A stretch of 64,000 bases of DNA from a virus, in IMG/VR virus record IMGVR_UViG_3300044710_000080, positions 1-64,000 of that record; one strand, 5' to 3'. The first letter of the stretch is position 1. Each line of letters opens with the position of its first letter. This document shows, one piece after another, positions 1 through 10,653 of this stretch. Under the pieces are notes generated by a model, which had not been told where the DNA came from, ran no database searches, and saw only the letters and a program-made list of their open reading frames with translations. The translations under genes were made by a program, and so were the position numbers.

Positions 1-46
1 CCTGGGATGCCATTGGGGAACCTCCTATCGGGCCAGATGGTGCGTT

Positions 47-775
47 CTAGCGGGCGGGGGCGGCTCGGCTAGCCAAAGCCGCCGAAGCCGAGCCAGCGGG
101 CGGCGCAGGGGCGTCGGCGGCCGCCGCATCCAGCACCTTCGGGGTCGCCACCGTCGGATCGGCGATCGCCGTCTCGATCCGGGCCTTGATCGCCTCGACC
201 GCCTCCGGGGAGGTCGGATCGAGCCCGAGCTTCTTGATGGTGTCGGCGCCGTGCGCCTGGACGTAGGTGACCGCGTTGGCAAGGGCGGCCTGCTTGATGA
301 CGACTTGCCCCTTGCCGGCAAGCTGCTCGCTCGCGGCCTTGGCGCCCGCGTTCAGGCCGTTGAGGACCATCTCCTGCAGCCGGGCCCGCAAAGCGTCGTT
401 CATCTGGACGCCGGCCTTTTGCAGCAGCTTGTAGATCAGGCCGGTGAGCATGGTCGCGATGGCGCCGCCCCCGACCGTCACGACCCAGGTGAGCGCCTGG
501 CCGGCGATCGATCCGGTGTCGATGACCGGGTTCGGCGCGACGGCGAGGGCGCCGAGCGGGCCGTCATGGGCGGGAGAGGTGAATTGCGTCTCTCGCCACG
601 GCGCCTGATCGGATACCGTCGGCGAGCACTTCGGCGAATTCGGGGTTCCCGGCCCATCGACGACGCACAGATTGCTCCCGCCGATCACTGCCAGCGGCGT
701 CTGGATGTAATCGGCAGCGGCCGGCGCGCAGAGCGCAACGAGGCCAGCGGCGAGCAGGATGCGGGCGAGTTTCAT
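47..775 (-). CDS. Membrane protein of lysis cassette, LL-H-type holin-like
   Basis: N-terminal signal-like segment, one internal TM helix, helical C-terminus (ALANAVTYV...IKARIETAI) resembling LL-H holins; downstream of endolysin. Confidence 0.5.
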   Translation of the reverse strand: MKLARILLAAGLVALCAPAAADYIQTPLAVIGGSNLCVVDGPGTPNSPKCSPTVSDQAPWRETQFTSPAHDGPLGALAVAPNPVIDTGSIAGQALTWVVTVGGGAIATMLTGLIYKLLQKAGVQMNDALRARLQEMVLNGLNAGAKAASEQLAGKGQVVIKQAALANAVTYVQAHGADTIKKLGLDPTSPEAVEAIKARIETAIADPTVATPKVLDAAAADAPAPPAGSASAALASRAAPAR

Positions 776-822
776 TTTTCCGTTCCTCCTGGTTTCATTG
801 ACGCTGGATCGCCCTCAACGAT

Positions 823-1203
823 TTATCGTGGATGCGGGAGCCAGGACTGTACGCGTTCTGTCCACTCCTGGCCCCATCCCGGCCAGCAGTCCTCGTAAAT
901 CGCATGCTCGTAGGAGCGGTCGAGACAGAGGCCCCCGTGCCCATCGAACAAGTTGGGGCCGAACAAGAGAGCGATGGTGATCAGCGCCGTAGCGATCGCG
1001 ATCTTGTTCCATTGCCGCACAGCGAATGCGCAAGCGATTGCAAAGAGCACCCACACCAAGATGAAGGCCGGTACATTCAGCGTCACGGTTGGCGATGCCC
1101 CGGTTCTTGCGTCAATCAATGCGAGAAGCGCTCCAATGACGACGAGCACGAGCAGAGTCCCCGACCCCCATAGAACGATAGCAACCTTGCGTTCGATCTT
1201 CAT
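823..1203 (-). CDS. Hypothetical 3-TM membrane protein
   Basis: Three hydrophobic stretches; ATGA overlap with upstream gene. Confidence 0.55.
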   Translation of the reverse strand: MKIERKVAIVLWGSGTLLVLVVIGALLALIDARTGASPTVTLNVPAFILVWVLFAIACAFAVRQWNKIAIATALITIALLFGPNLFDGHGGLCLDRSYEHAIYEDCWPGWGQEWTERVQSWLPHPR

Positions 1204-1496
1204 GGTCCGGTCCTTCCAAGCGTAGCTACGTTTGACGATGGCGTGGGCGCGGCAGGTGCGGCCGGGATGGTAGATGACGCGATGGTGCTGATCGTCGCAT
1301 CCTTGGCCTTGGAGCCGCTGGTCGAGGCGAAGTAAAATGAAACCACCCCGCCGAAGCTCGTCCCGAGCATGCCGACCAGCACGTTGAAGAGCGCGCTATC
1401 GCCCTTGATCGGGAACACGAACCACGCGGCGATGACGGCCAGGAAGCCGATGATTATCATCATCGCGATGACGAGGCGCGTTCTGTCGGGTTCCAT
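1200..1496 (-). CDS. Putative 2-TM holin
   Basis: Two TM helices followed by VVSFYFASTSGSKAKD, a pattern common in phage holin-like proteins; lysis context. Confidence 0.6.
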   Translation of the reverse strand: MEPDRTRLVIAMMIIIGFLAVIAAWFVFPIKGDSALFNVLVGMLGTSFGGVVSFYFASTSGSKAKDATISTIASSTIPAAPAAPTPSSNVATLGRTGP

Positions 1497-1506
1497 CGGG
1501 AGATCC

Positions 1507-1833
1507 TCAGTTGCGGGTGACGGTGACCCGTACCACGCCGGCGCTGCGCATGCCTAGCGCGGTCGCGCCGGCCGGATCGAGGTCGATGATCCTCCCGGCG
1601 CGAAAGGGCCCGCGGTCGCTGATGCAAACGGTGATCGCGCGCCCGCTCGAGGTCGCGCGCACCCGCACCAATGAGCCGAAGGCGAGAGAGCGGTGCGCGG
1701 CGGTCGGGTGCCCGTGGCACGCCGCCAGATGGCGCCCGCCGTACCAGCTCGCCTTGCCGGACTCGGCGAGCGCCGGGCCGCAGGCGAGCGCGGCCAGAAT
1801 TGCAGTATAGACCGTCAACGGGCGCGAACACAT
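1507..1833 (-). CDS. rlpA: RlpA-like double-psi beta-barrel lytic transglycosylase, exported
   Basis: GKASWYG, TAAHRSLAFGS, DRGPF..GRIIDL motifs; signal peptide; no SPOR domain. Confidence 0.85.
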   Translation of the reverse strand: MCSRPLTVYTAILAALACGPALAESGKASWYGGRHLAACHGHPTAAHRSLAFGSLVRVRATSSGRAITVCISDRGPFRAGRIIDLDPAGATALGMRSAGVVRVTVTRN

Positions 1834-2099
1834 GCGCCACGCTCCGACGAATACGTTGAGTTTGCTGGGCAAACGCATCTGCCACCCTGGCCACCCCTGC
1901 AAGCGGGTTGCACTACTTCGACTTCTATCCGATCCTTTTTATCCAATTCGCGCACGCTATTCTGCAACCCGCGAATTTGCTCCTGAATTGAGGGGCCGGC
2001 CGGATTCGGACAGTTCCCCATGCAGCCCGAGGGTTGCGCCGAGGCTGGCGTTGCAAGAAACGCCAGGGCGGCACCGATGATGATCGCGGCGCGGATCAT
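1815..2099 (-). CDS. Small secreted Cys-rich protein
   Basis: Signal peptide (ASA-Q), 6 Cys, short coiled coil; ATGA overlap with endolysin stop. Confidence 0.6.
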   Translation of the reverse strand: MIRAAIIIGAALAFLATPASAQPSGCMGNCPNPAGPSIQEQIRGLQNSVRELDKKDRIEVEVVQPACRGGQGGRCVCPANSTYSSERGACVRAR

Positions 2100-2737
2100 G
2101 CGCCGAGTTCTCTCTTCCACAGACCCAACTGCCGGCGGCGCTCGGAGAGCCCGTTGAGGCCGCCGTTGAGCGCCCTAGTCTCTCCGACGAGATCGTCGGC
2201 CTTGGCGTGTTTGAGGCACCCGCAGAGAATCCAATCCGCGACCCCGCACTCAAGCGTGTGCGCCGGATCGCTGATGAGGTCCGGGTCTTCCATGATGTCG
2301 ATCTCGACGCCCTGCTCGGTCAGGAACTTTTGCAGCTTCTCGTAGCCCTCACGGCCGGTCACCTGAGAGAGCCCGCGGCCCCGATAGTTGTAGCCGTCGT
2401 CGGATGGCGGTCGCCCGTTGCCCATGCGCCCCCCGTAGGCGATGTCGAACAGGACGCGCGGATTGTGCGCGGCGCGCTGCGCCATCGCCGGGGTGAAGTG
2501 GGTCGGGAAGACCTGGAGGATGCGCCGGGCCGTGTAGTTGCCGTTCTCGACCATCTCGAGGCCCTGGCCGCACTCTTCCGAGAACTGCGCCATCGCGTGC
2601 GCGACGACGAGCGGGGTGTCGAGGCCGTACTTTGCGAACACGGCCGGTGACGATGCGACGATGCCCTCGATCAGGCCGTGGACATGCTGATTCCCGTGAG
2701 GCCACCGATGCTCCATGATCTGGACGCTGAGTTCCAT
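2096..2737 (-). CDS. Endolysin, glycoside hydrolase family 19
   Basis: AHAMAQFSEEC, YGGRMGN, DGYNYRGRGLSQVTGR, TRALNGGLNGL motifs. Confidence 0.9.
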   Translation of the reverse strand: MELSVQIMEHRWPHGNQHVHGLIEGIVASSPAVFAKYGLDTPLVVAHAMAQFSEECGQGLEMVENGNYTARRILQVFPTHFTPAMAQRAAHNPRVLFDIAYGGRMGNGRPPSDDGYNYRGRGLSQVTGREGYEKLQKFLTEQGVEIDIMEDPDLISDPAHTLECGVADWILCGCLKHAKADDLVGETRALNGGLNGLSERRRQLGLWKRELGA

Positions 2738-2984
2738 CGCGCTTCCCTCCGGTTGTGCCGAGCAATGCTCCCGCGCGGGCGCGGCGTCAAGTCAGATGTC
2801 GGCCTCGACGAGGATGCACCGCTCGAATCCCCCGACCGGCTCGCACCGGAACGTCGTCACGGGCGCGACGGTCTTGGGGAAGGGGAACCGGCCGGCGCCA
2901 GCGAGGGCGCCCAGCATCGCCGCGAGCAGGAGCGTCGTCACCGCGGCAGCCAATCCAGCCCCCACGTCTCGCATTCGTTCTAGG

Positions 2985-3443
2985 TCATTTTGTCCCGACC
3001 GGATCAAGCAACTGTTCGGCCCGGAAGATCACCAGGGGCTTGTAAGGCGCAACGTCACCGTATTGCCGTTGCGGCAAGCCGAGCTTTTCGATCTGATCCT
3101 TGATGAGCTTTATCTCGTCAATGCCAAGTTCTAGCTCCTTGGCGTCGAACACCTTAAAGCCGAGCTTCATCCGCTTGACAAAATCCTCGCCCTTCAGCCC
3201 GGCCTCGTTCTGATTGAGCGCCGTCATGGCGAGGCGCCCCAGGGTGAGACTGATCATTTCAGCGCACTGTCGGGGATCATCCTCCTTGGCGCGGCCACAT
3301 TCGCGGATCGGCTGATTGTCCTGGTCCACGATCTTTGTCGAAAAATCGATGGTGCGAAGTTCCGACGCTACGCGCTTCGGCTCTTCAGCTAGGGCGACCG
3401 AGACGAATAGGGAAAGCATAACGGCGACGATGGTGCGGATCAT
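2985..3443 (-). CDS. Hypothetical protein with signal peptide, downstream of tail fibre
   Basis: ALA-EE signal peptide; ATGA overlap with fibre stop. Confidence 0.65.
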   Translation of the reverse strand: MIRTIVAVMLSLFVSVALAEEPKRVASELRTIDFSTKIVDQDNQPIRECGRAKEDDPRQCAEMISLTLGRLAMTALNQNEAGLKGEDFVKRMKLGFKVFDAKELELGIDEIKLIKDQIEKLGLPQRQYGDVAPYKPLVIFRAEQLLDPVGTK

Positions 3444-6370
3444 TGGTTTGCTGCCTTTATCAATCGCGCGAGGTCGGCGCGGAGATTGTCATTGTCGGAC
3501 TTGAGTTCCAGGTAGCGTCGGTCCTCTACCTCAACCCGATATTGGAACGCCGCCGTGATCGTAGCCGTGTATTGCATGTAGCGGAAGCTCTGCACATCGC
3601 CGTTGGCGTCGCGGCCCACGAGCCGATCATCCACCCCAACGAAGTCATCCGCCCTGAACCCGACCTGCCGCCCTAGGCTTTCGTTGTCGTTGTAGAGGAA
3701 GGAGCCCGGTTGCGCAGACATGACCGTGAAGAACGATGCTGCAAGAGACAGGCGCTCAAAGCCGTGCTTGAACCGGGCGGCCGAAACGAGACAGCCGCCC
3801 GCGTTGGTGTCGCGCTCAAACTGTCCGGTCGATGTTACCCAACAAATCGCGGCGGCAAGCGCCGCCGTCGTGGTCGGAAGATTAGGCGCGAAGATGTTGG
3901 CGCCGACCCCCAAACTACTGATACCTGGGTCGGCGACACCCGAGCCTATCGAGACGCCACCGCTGGCATTGAACGTAGTGGATAACGCAAGCAGATTCGT
4001 ACCATTCGGCACCGTGAAGATTGTTACCTTGATGCCCTGTGAAGTGTTCGTGAAATCCTGCGTCGCATTGAAGATTATGCCAGCGTAGCTACCGGTGACG
4101 GAGCCATATTGTGATGCGCCGTAACCTTGCGCGAGGTATCCGCCCAAGTTGTCGCCTGACTTGGTCGCGGTCGGAGTAGCCGCCACCCCACGCGCTCCCG
4201 ACAGCACGAAGCTCGCGTTGACGCCGGTCCCGAAGCTCTGGAAAGTCAGGAACGATCCCGTCGCGTCGGCGGCGATGACCTGCATCTGCACGCCGGAAGC
4301 AATGGGCGGCGCGATCCCCGTGGTCGCGTTGAGGCTCACGACGATCGGACTCATCGGGTTGGTCTCGGTGCCGAAGCCAGCAAAACCACTGTTGAGGATC
4401 GTGCCGTGAACCACACCGCCGGTCGAGAAGGTCATCTTGTCGCCGCTCGGCGAGCCCGACGAAGTGGAGACCAAGGCGAGCACCGAGTTGGCAGCAGAGC
4501 CGCCGTAAAGCGTCGGCGTCGTGATTGATGTGGCAGCGAAAATGCTATCCGCGCCTAGAGCATATTTGTTCGTGAACGTGACGTTCGTGCCAGCGATGGG
4601 CGCCTTGAAATACGACCCAAAGGCATTCGTGTAGGTCGTCGCGCTCGACGCGGCGTTGGTGTTCCCGCCCCAGACGTCGTTGTAGACCGTCGCCACCGTG
4701 CCGCTCGACGACGTGTCGGTCAGCGTCGCGGCGACGTTGACGTAGCGGATGCCGTTCGTCGTCCACGCGGCGGCAGATATGTTTCCGGTGAGCCCGAAGC
4801 TCCCGCCCGAAACCGTCACCCCGCCACTCGCGAGGACTCGCATCCGCTCGATGTTGTTGGTGCCAAAGATCATCGGCGCGTTGTTGCGGGTGCCGACCAG
4901 CAGGCCGTTGCTGGCACCAACCGTCGCAACCTCTGCCCAGCCCCCTGCGGTGACGCCGAAGATCGTAGAAGTATTTGCACTTTCAATGATACCTACAACG
5001 AAGAAGTTAGCGTTGCCGCTGTTCGTGGCGAATAGTCCATCAAATCCCGCCGTGTTGTTCGTAGAGGAAGTCAAAGCGCTCACACCGCCCGATGCGATTG
5101 CGGCCTGGACCGGATAAGCCACCGATGAATTAGACGAGTTCCAAGGCGGCCCACTCTGCGGCCCCATCTGCAACAGGCCGGGGCCGGTCATCAGGATGTT
5201 GGGGGTGGAGATAAAGTTGCCGGTGATCGTCGCGCTCGGTAGGTTGAAGATGTTGGCAATCGTAAATGCACCATCAGATGCGAAAAAGTCACCCGTCGTC
5301 TGCAAACCAGACGCGCCAGAGCTGGTGCTGAGAAGCATCATCTTTTTGAAACTGCCACCGGCATTGGCAGAGCCGACACTGAAAGCCGAGTCATTGCCGG
5401 AAGCGGTAGCGGTCCCGAGATTTGCGGCTGCAAATGCGCTGCGAGAAGTCACAATGCCAGTGCCAAGAATATCGGCCTCTGAGCCTACGCCGATGAGATA
5501 TGTGGTTTCTCCGCCGCTATCAAGCACGGCGGCGCCGTATGCCCCCCACAGAGCACTTACGGCTCCTGTATCGAGTACATTGCTATAGGCGACGCCGAGG
5601 ACGCCTATTTTGTCGTTGAGCCCGGCCGGGGGTGGCGTGGTCGTATAGATGACATGGCCCGTGATCGCGGAGAGACTTTCGCCGGCAGTATTGGCGCCCC
5701 CCACCGTCAACTTCACGCGCAGGGCGGCTACCGACTTACCCCAATTACCGAAGTCGGAGAACTGGCTGCCGCCCGTCGTGGCTGAACTATACGAAGCCGT
5801 GAGCAGATTGAAGGACGTCGGACCCGTGACAGAACCGCTGGTCGGGCCGCTTTGATTGATCAGTAGACCTTGTGTGAGGCTCGCCGCAGTTGGATTGATC
5901 GTCAGCGGGCCGCCGTTGAGGATGGCTGTCGATCCAGCGACGGTCGAGCATTGCGAAGAACTCGATCCGATACCCACGGGAAAAGCACCCAGCGTCGTAC
6001 AGCCGCCAGCGGCAGCTGCCGCCTGCACGAAAGCCGTCGTCGCAAGTTGTGTCGTATTTGTACCGGGTGCAGCGGTGGGGGCGGTAGGAACCCCTGTAAA
6101 GGCTGGCGATGTGGCCAATCCAACCGTTATGATGCCACTACTCGGCGTCACCGTGATCGGCGCAGACCCAACAATGTTGCTTGGATTGACCGGCGTGTAG
6201 CCGAGAAAGTCCATTTTCCCCGCAAAACAACTCTGCCATTGCCCCGCAGTCGGGACATTGCCGTAGTAGAGGACATTGCTGCATGTCCCCTGCGCCCGCG
6301 CCTCGCCGCTCCCGAGCAGAGATGCGAACAGGAGAAGCGCGCCAGCGAGAAGATGGCGGAGATTTTTAAT
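3440..6370 (-). CDS. Tail fibre/spike with C-terminal S74-type intramolecular chaperone; probable ATT start and signal-like N-terminus
   Basis: SPAFTGVPTAPTAAPGTNTTQLATTAFV fibre motif, G/S/T-rich body, SAARFK...GFRADD chaperone plus coiled coil; frame is open 52 codons upstream of the 6214 ATG. Confidence 0.8.
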   Translation of the reverse strand: MKNLRHLLAGALLLFASLLGSGEARAQGTCSNVLYYGNVPTAGQWQSCFAGKMDFLGYTPVNPSNIVGSAPITVTPSSGIITVGLATSPAFTGVPTAPTAAPGTNTTQLATTAFVQAAAAAGGCTTLGAFPVGIGSSSSQCSTVAGSTAILNGGPLTINPTAASLTQGLLINQSGPTSGSVTGPTSFNLLTASYSSATTGGSQFSDFGNWGKSVAALRVKLTVGGANTAGESLSAITGHVIYTTTPPPAGLNDKIGVLGVAYSNVLDTGAVSALWGAYGAAVLDSGGETTYLIGVGSEADILGTGIVTSRSAFAAANLGTATASGNDSAFSVGSANAGGSFKKMMLLSTSSGASGLQTTGDFFASDGAFTIANIFNLPSATITGNFISTPNILMTGPGLLQMGPQSGPPWNSSNSSVAYPVQAAIASGGVSALTSSTNNTAGFDGLFATNSGNANFFVVGIIESANTSTIFGVTAGGWAEVATVGASNGLLVGTRNNAPMIFGTNNIERMRVLASGGVTVSGGSFGLTGNISAAAWTTNGIRYVNVAATLTDTSSSGTVATVYNDVWGGNTNAASSATTYTNAFGSYFKAPIAGTNVTFTNKYALGADSIFAATSITTPTLYGGSAANSVLALVSTSSGSPSGDKMTFSTGGVVHGTILNSGFAGFGTETNPMSPIVVSLNATTGIAPPIASGVQMQVIAADATGSFLTFQSFGTGVNASFVLSGARGVAATPTATKSGDNLGGYLAQGYGASQYGSVTGSYAGIIFNATQDFTNTSQGIKVTIFTVPNGTNLLALSTTFNASGGVSIGSGVADPGISSLGVGANIFAPNLPTTTAALAAAICWVTSTGQFERDTNAGGCLVSAARFKHGFERLSLAASFFTVMSAQPGSFLYNDNESLGRQVGFRADDFVGVDDRLVGRDANGDVQSFRYMQYTATITAAFQYRVEVEDRRYLELKSDNDNLRADLARLIKAANQ

Positions 6371-7448
6371 CGTACACCTCCTCGATCAGGATCACCCCGG
6401 CTTGGGCGTTCGTGGCACCCGCGCCGACCGTATAGGGGACCGCGACGGGATTCAAGACGTCGAACTCGACGTATTCGCTCGCGCCTCCTGCGGCGCCTGT
6501 GGTGACCTGACTGTTGTTGTAGGCCTGCGAGTTTCCGCCGGGAGCGCCTTGTCCGCTATTCGGTCCGCCACCCAACCGATTCGTGCCGCCAGGTGACATG
6601 TTGGCGGAACCGAAGTTTCCGTTGCCGCTGCATGAGAATGTTATCCCGAATGTCCCCTGTGCCCCAGCATTCCGATCGATGATAACGCCGGTTCCGTTTG
6701 ATCCTCCCGTTCCGCCTACGCCGCCGGCGCCAGCCGCACCGCCGCCTTGACCCTGACCGCCCCCGATCGCGGTCCAACCCCCGAAGATCGTCGTCCCGCC
6801 GGCGCCCCCGATGGCATTGGCGCCACCCCCACCACCCGCCATGCGGACGTGGATGCGCACTGCGCCGACCGGCGGAGTATAGGTTCCGCTCCCGCTCGTG
6901 AGTTTCGTGTAGGTCGGCTGCGCCCCACTCGATGCCGCAGTTGCCCTCCCGTAAGTATCGACCGTCACCTTCGTGCGTGTGAACGTTCCGACGTTGGCGC
7001 CGACGCCGAGTTGGAGCATGGCCAAGGCCGTCCAGTTCGCCCCGCCGGTATCGGGATTGGCCGTATTGCCGTCGATCGAGTTGAGCCAGTATTTGCCGAG
7101 CACGAAGCCGGTGCCATTGCCGCCCTGCGCGATGACCGCACCCTTCGGGTAGCCATTGATGCCCGACGCGCCGGCGAAGGTTGCGTCGAACCCGACCGGG
7201 CCACCAGCGGCCTGCCATTGGTTCCACGCCGTTATCTGATTCAGAATGCCGTTGAAGTCCTGACCGAACGGCGGAACTCCGCCAGCACCAATCTGTGTAA
7301 AATTGAGAGGAACCCAACCATCGTTCAACGATGCGGCACCGGCAGTGATGCCAATTTGAGACGCCTGCGGAATTGCGCGGATATACGCGCCCCCCGCATT
7401 TGCCGCCCACGGGATGCCGAACTTTGCTGGAATGCTGGCGACTAGCAT
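6366..7448 (-). CDS. Baseplate-attached tail fibre protein with Gly-rich C-terminal domain
   Basis: IPAKFGIPWA...GGVPPFGQDFNGILNQIT N-terminus typical of Bcep781-like fibres; follows DUF2612 gene. Confidence 0.8.
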   Translation of the reverse strand: MLVASIPAKFGIPWAANAGGAYIRAIPQASQIGITAGAASLNDGWVPLNFTQIGAGGVPPFGQDFNGILNQITAWNQWQAAGGPVGFDATFAGASGINGYPKGAVIAQGGNGTGFVLGKYWLNSIDGNTANPDTGGANWTALAMLQLGVGANVGTFTRTKVTVDTYGRATAASSGAQPTYTKLTSGSGTYTPPVGAVRIHVRMAGGGGGANAIGGAGGTTIFGGWTAIGGGQGQGGGAAGAGGVGGTGGSNGTGVIIDRNAGAQGTFGITFSCSGNGNFGSANMSPGGTNRLGGGPNSGQGAPGGNSQAYNNSQVTTGAAGGASEYVEFDVLNPVAVPYTVGAGATNAQAGVILIEEVYD

Positions 7449-7449
7449 G

Positions 7450-8112
7450 TCACGGGCTCGAGATGCTGGAGGCGACGCCCACAGGCTTCGGAAGTACGCC
7501 CGTCTGCCCAAGGATCGCCAGCTCGGTTGAGGAGAGATGGAACGCGAAAGTGTAGGTCAACGTCATGTTCTCCCCGTCGGCAACGTAGCAGTTTCCACGT
7601 CCGGGGAACAGGTTTAGCAAAAGCTGGTTGATCGCCGGGATCGAGCCGTTCGAGATGTTCGCCAGAGCCTTCGCGTAGATCAGCGTGCGGAAGGCTGAAT
7701 CGGATAGTGCGAAGTTCGACGTGATCGTCCCGCCCGAATAGAACGGCTGCGTCCCGAACGGCGTACCGCTCGGCGCCGATTCCTCAAACCCGAAATACAA
7801 GACGTTGCCCTGGACCTGGAGCACCCGCTGCACGCCGACGATGCGACCCCAGATGTCGAGGCCCACGCCCTGCGCGGTAGAAACATTCCAGATCAGATCA
7901 TAAAACTGATCGAAGTCGAAAGTTTGGTCTACGTATTGATCGAAGTTTCCGATTAGCGTTGTGAGTATTTGAGAATTGGCATACTGGCTCAACAAGGTCG
8001 ACCAGAACGAGAAAGGTATGATTGTTCCGATCGGACTGATTCCGATCTGAAAGCGTCCCACAGCATTGGGGTCTGGACCAAGAAAAAAAGGAGGACCAGG
8101 AGGACCGCTCAT
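7450..8112 (-). CDS. Baseplate wedge protein (DUF2612-like)
   Basis: SQYANS, TAQGVGLDIWGRIVGV, LPKPVGV motifs. Confidence 0.85.
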   Translation of the reverse strand: MSGPPGPPFFLGPDPNAVGRFQIGISPIGTIIPFSFWSTLLSQYANSQILTTLIGNFDQYVDQTFDFDQFYDLIWNVSTAQGVGLDIWGRIVGVQRVLQVQGNVLYFGFEESAPSGTPFGTQPFYSGGTITSNFALSDSAFRTLIYAKALANISNGSIPAINQLLLNLFPGRGNCYVADGENMTLTYTFAFHLSSTELAILGQTGVLPKPVGVASSISSP

Positions 8113-8837
8113 GACACCGTTTCTCTGCATCTTTTAAGAGCGGAGGCGCGCATCTTGGCCCGCGTTTCATCTGTATGCCGACGACCCGTTTGAGCCGCAC
8201 TCATTCGCGCGCGTGTTTCTTCTGATCGTTTAAGGCCCTTGCCGCCAGTGCCATAGGTATTACCCATATGCGCCGCGCTCATCTTCGCGCGCGTTTCGGC
8301 GCTATGTTTTTTGCCAAGATTGGCGAGGCGCACTTTTTCACGCGTTTCTGCCGATAGCGCGCGCCCAATTCGGGCCGCTCTCATCTTTGCGAGAGTTGCT
8401 TCTGAATGCTTAAATCCGGCTGGCCGTCCTCCATATCCTTTCCCTGTCATGGAGGCGCTTCTTTTCGCGATAGTTTCTGGAGATTGTTTTTTCCCTAGAT
8501 TTGCTAGACGAATCTTTTGTCTGGTTTCCTCCGACACAAACATTCCTCGATTGCCTTCTCCTCCATTGGTCCTATTCGTCAGACCGGTCGATGCCGCCCT
8601 CCAAAAAGATATACGTTCGCATTCGATTGAGAGAGCTTCAAATTCTGTCAGGCCACTGCGGACAAGCCGCACTTCGGCACACATTCCCGATGATGCAAGG
8701 GCATCAATTACTTGATTGTAGCTTCTATTTCTCTTGAACCTGTAGGCGCGATCTCCCGTTCCCTTTCCGACCCAAAAGCAGGTGTCGGTATCGGGCCGCC
8801 AATGCTCGTAGACGTAAAAATCGCGTCTCATGGTCAT
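8109..8837 (-). mobile_element. Free-standing homing endonuclease (GIY-YIG-like plus NUMOD3 repeats)
   Basis: FYVYEH...FWVGKG; repeated HSAETRAKMS units; ATGA overlaps on both sides. Confidence 0.8.
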
Positions 8838-10297
8838 GTAACCGTAACACTTATATTCGGCGCGGACACGCCTGGAATTTGATTCGCTTGTACCACCACC
8901 GATCCTGCAGTCGGCACTGCCGCTGTCATGCCGACCTGGCTGCCGATGGTCTGGGAGTTCGTGACGGTATAGGTGCCGGTTCCCCCCGCCGCCCCGGTGA
9001 GCTGGTTGACGATATTGGTTCCCGGCAGGACGCCGACGCCGGTCCCTCCCACGCTACCCGAGACGGTCTGATTCGCCGCGAGCGTGCCGGATGAAACCGC
9101 CGTGACCGTAAGCGTCGTCCCTGCGATGCTCCCCGTGAAGACCGCCGAGGCCGTATTCGGCGAACCGAGCAGGATCGACCGGACCAGCGCCCAAGAGCCT
9201 AGGGCGACCACTGGTGCGACGTAGCGGGTCGCCAGCAGGGTAGACCCTATCCGAGCCCGAGGCCCTCCGTCGGCCCCCGCTGCGGCCGCAATGATGGCAT
9301 TCTGGATCAGTTGCGCCGCGTTCGCTGGGACCTGCGCCCCACTGACGATGCTCACCGCGAACAAGATCGGCAGCGTCGCCGGCCGGTTGAAACTCACGCT
9401 GTAGGACGGCAGGGGAGGGGAATAGCCGGAGTTCGTATCCTGCACCGTCACCGTCGTATTGCCGCCCCCGTAGGAGCAGCCGGGCGCCTTGCGAGACCAG
9501 ATAGCGTTCCCCACCGCCTGGTCCGCCCCGCCAGCGGCCGAGACGTAGAGCGAGTTCGCCGGCAGCGTGACGCCGCCCGCGACGACTTGCCCGTTCGTCG
9601 CGTTCTCCGTTGCATAGGCGTCGACCACGCCGGGAACCGAGAGCACGGCGCCCAGCACCGAGGGCAGCGAGCCCGCCGAGTTCGCCGCGACCGATTGCTG
9701 CCGCCTTGTCTCGAATGCTGATTGGCTCTCCGTGTTCTGCCCGAGCACCCCGGAGATCACCGTCACCGAATCCCACCCCGGGATCGCCTGGAAGATCGAG
9801 ACGCCGTTCGAGGCCGGGACCGCCGTCGGGCCGGGCACCAGCGCCGCAAACGAGACCCCGACCGTGCCGTTGACGCCAATCGTTCCGGAGCCATTCGCCC
9901 CGTACTGATTGCCGGCTTGGTCGACGATCAGCGAGTTGACCGGAATGAAGGTGCCCGAGAGCCCGCTGCAGAGGCAGAACACCGTCGTCGGTTCCGCCGG
10001 CAAGCGGTGGAGGAAGTAGATATTACCGATCGCGTCCTGCATCCGGCCCTGCGCCGTCGCTGGGTCGGTCTGCGTCGTGTAGTAGAGGAACGTGTCGTTC
10101 ACATTGCCGACGATGGCCGCCATGCTCGAGGCAAGCTGGCCCTGGGGCGTCGTTAGCGTCGCCGAGTTGCTGGCTGAGAGATTTAGCCCACCGCCGAACG
10201 CCGCCTGCAGATCGGCGATGACGCCGGTCAGTACCGCGCTCTCGGTCGGGATGACAAACCCAGTCGGTCCGAACGTTGGTTGCGGCACATTCGTCAT
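8834..10297 (-). CDS. Baseplate J-like protein with C-terminal Thr/Gly-rich inserted domain
   Basis: [33 protein letters not shown] motifs; synteny. Confidence 0.9.
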   Translation of the reverse strand: MTNVPQPTFGPTGFVIPTESAVLTGVIADLQAAFGGGLNLSASNSATLTTPQGQLASSMAAIVGNVNDTFLYYTTQTDPATAQGRMQDAIGNIYFLHRLPAEPTTVFCLCSGLSGTFIPVNSLIVDQAGNQYGANGSGTIGVNGTVGVSFAALVPGPTAVPASNGVSIFQAIPGWDSVTVISGVLGQNTESQSAFETRRQQSVAANSAGSLPSVLGAVLSVPGVVDAYATENATNGQVVAGGVTLPANSLYVSAAGGADQAVGNAIWSRKAPGCSYGGGNTTVTVQDTNSGYSPPLPSYSVSFNRPATLPILFAVSIVSGAQVPANAAQLIQNAIIAAAAGADGGPRARIGSTLLATRYVAPVVALGSWALVRSILLGSPNTASAVFTGSIAGTTLTVTAVSSGTLAANQTVSGSVGGTGVGVLPGTNIVNQLTGAAGGTGTYTVTNSQTIGSQVGMTAAVPTAGSVVVQANQIPGVSAPNISVTVT

Positions 10298-10298
10298 T

Positions 10299-10652
10299 TC
10301 AGAAACTCGCGACCGCGGTTGCGCCCGATGCCGTAGTGATCTGTACTTGCCCTGTGACGACTCGTCCCTTGACCGACGAGATGAAGCACTGCGCGGCCGT
10401 GACTCCTGGCACAGTCAGCGCCGCCGCAACAAACTGCGCCTTGAGATACGAGAGCGGCGGCGTCTGCCCGAGGATCGTCTGGAAATAGGGGACACCCCGG
10501 GAAACATCATAAAATAATTCTCCCAGGAACGTGCGGATCGCGCTCGCCGCATCTTGGGCCAGGGCATAGGGCTCTGTTGCCACGGCGATGTTCCCGTTCA
10601 CATCGATGAGCATATCCCACTCCACGGTATCCAAAAGCAGAGTCGATGGCAT
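10299..10652 (-). CDS. Baseplate wedge initiator (gp25-like position)
   Basis: [23 protein letters not shown]; between spike and J. Confidence 0.75.
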   Translation of the reverse strand: MPSTLLLDTVEWDMLIDVNGNIAVATEPYALAQDAASAIRTFLGELFYDVSRGVPYFQTILGQTPPLSYLKAQFVAAALTVPGVTAAQCFISSVKGRVVTGQVQITTASGATAVASF

Positions 10653-10653
10653 C

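Noticed and set aside
2762-2790. Lysis promoter TTGACG-17-CATTGC
   Set aside because: -10 box too weak to support from sequence alone
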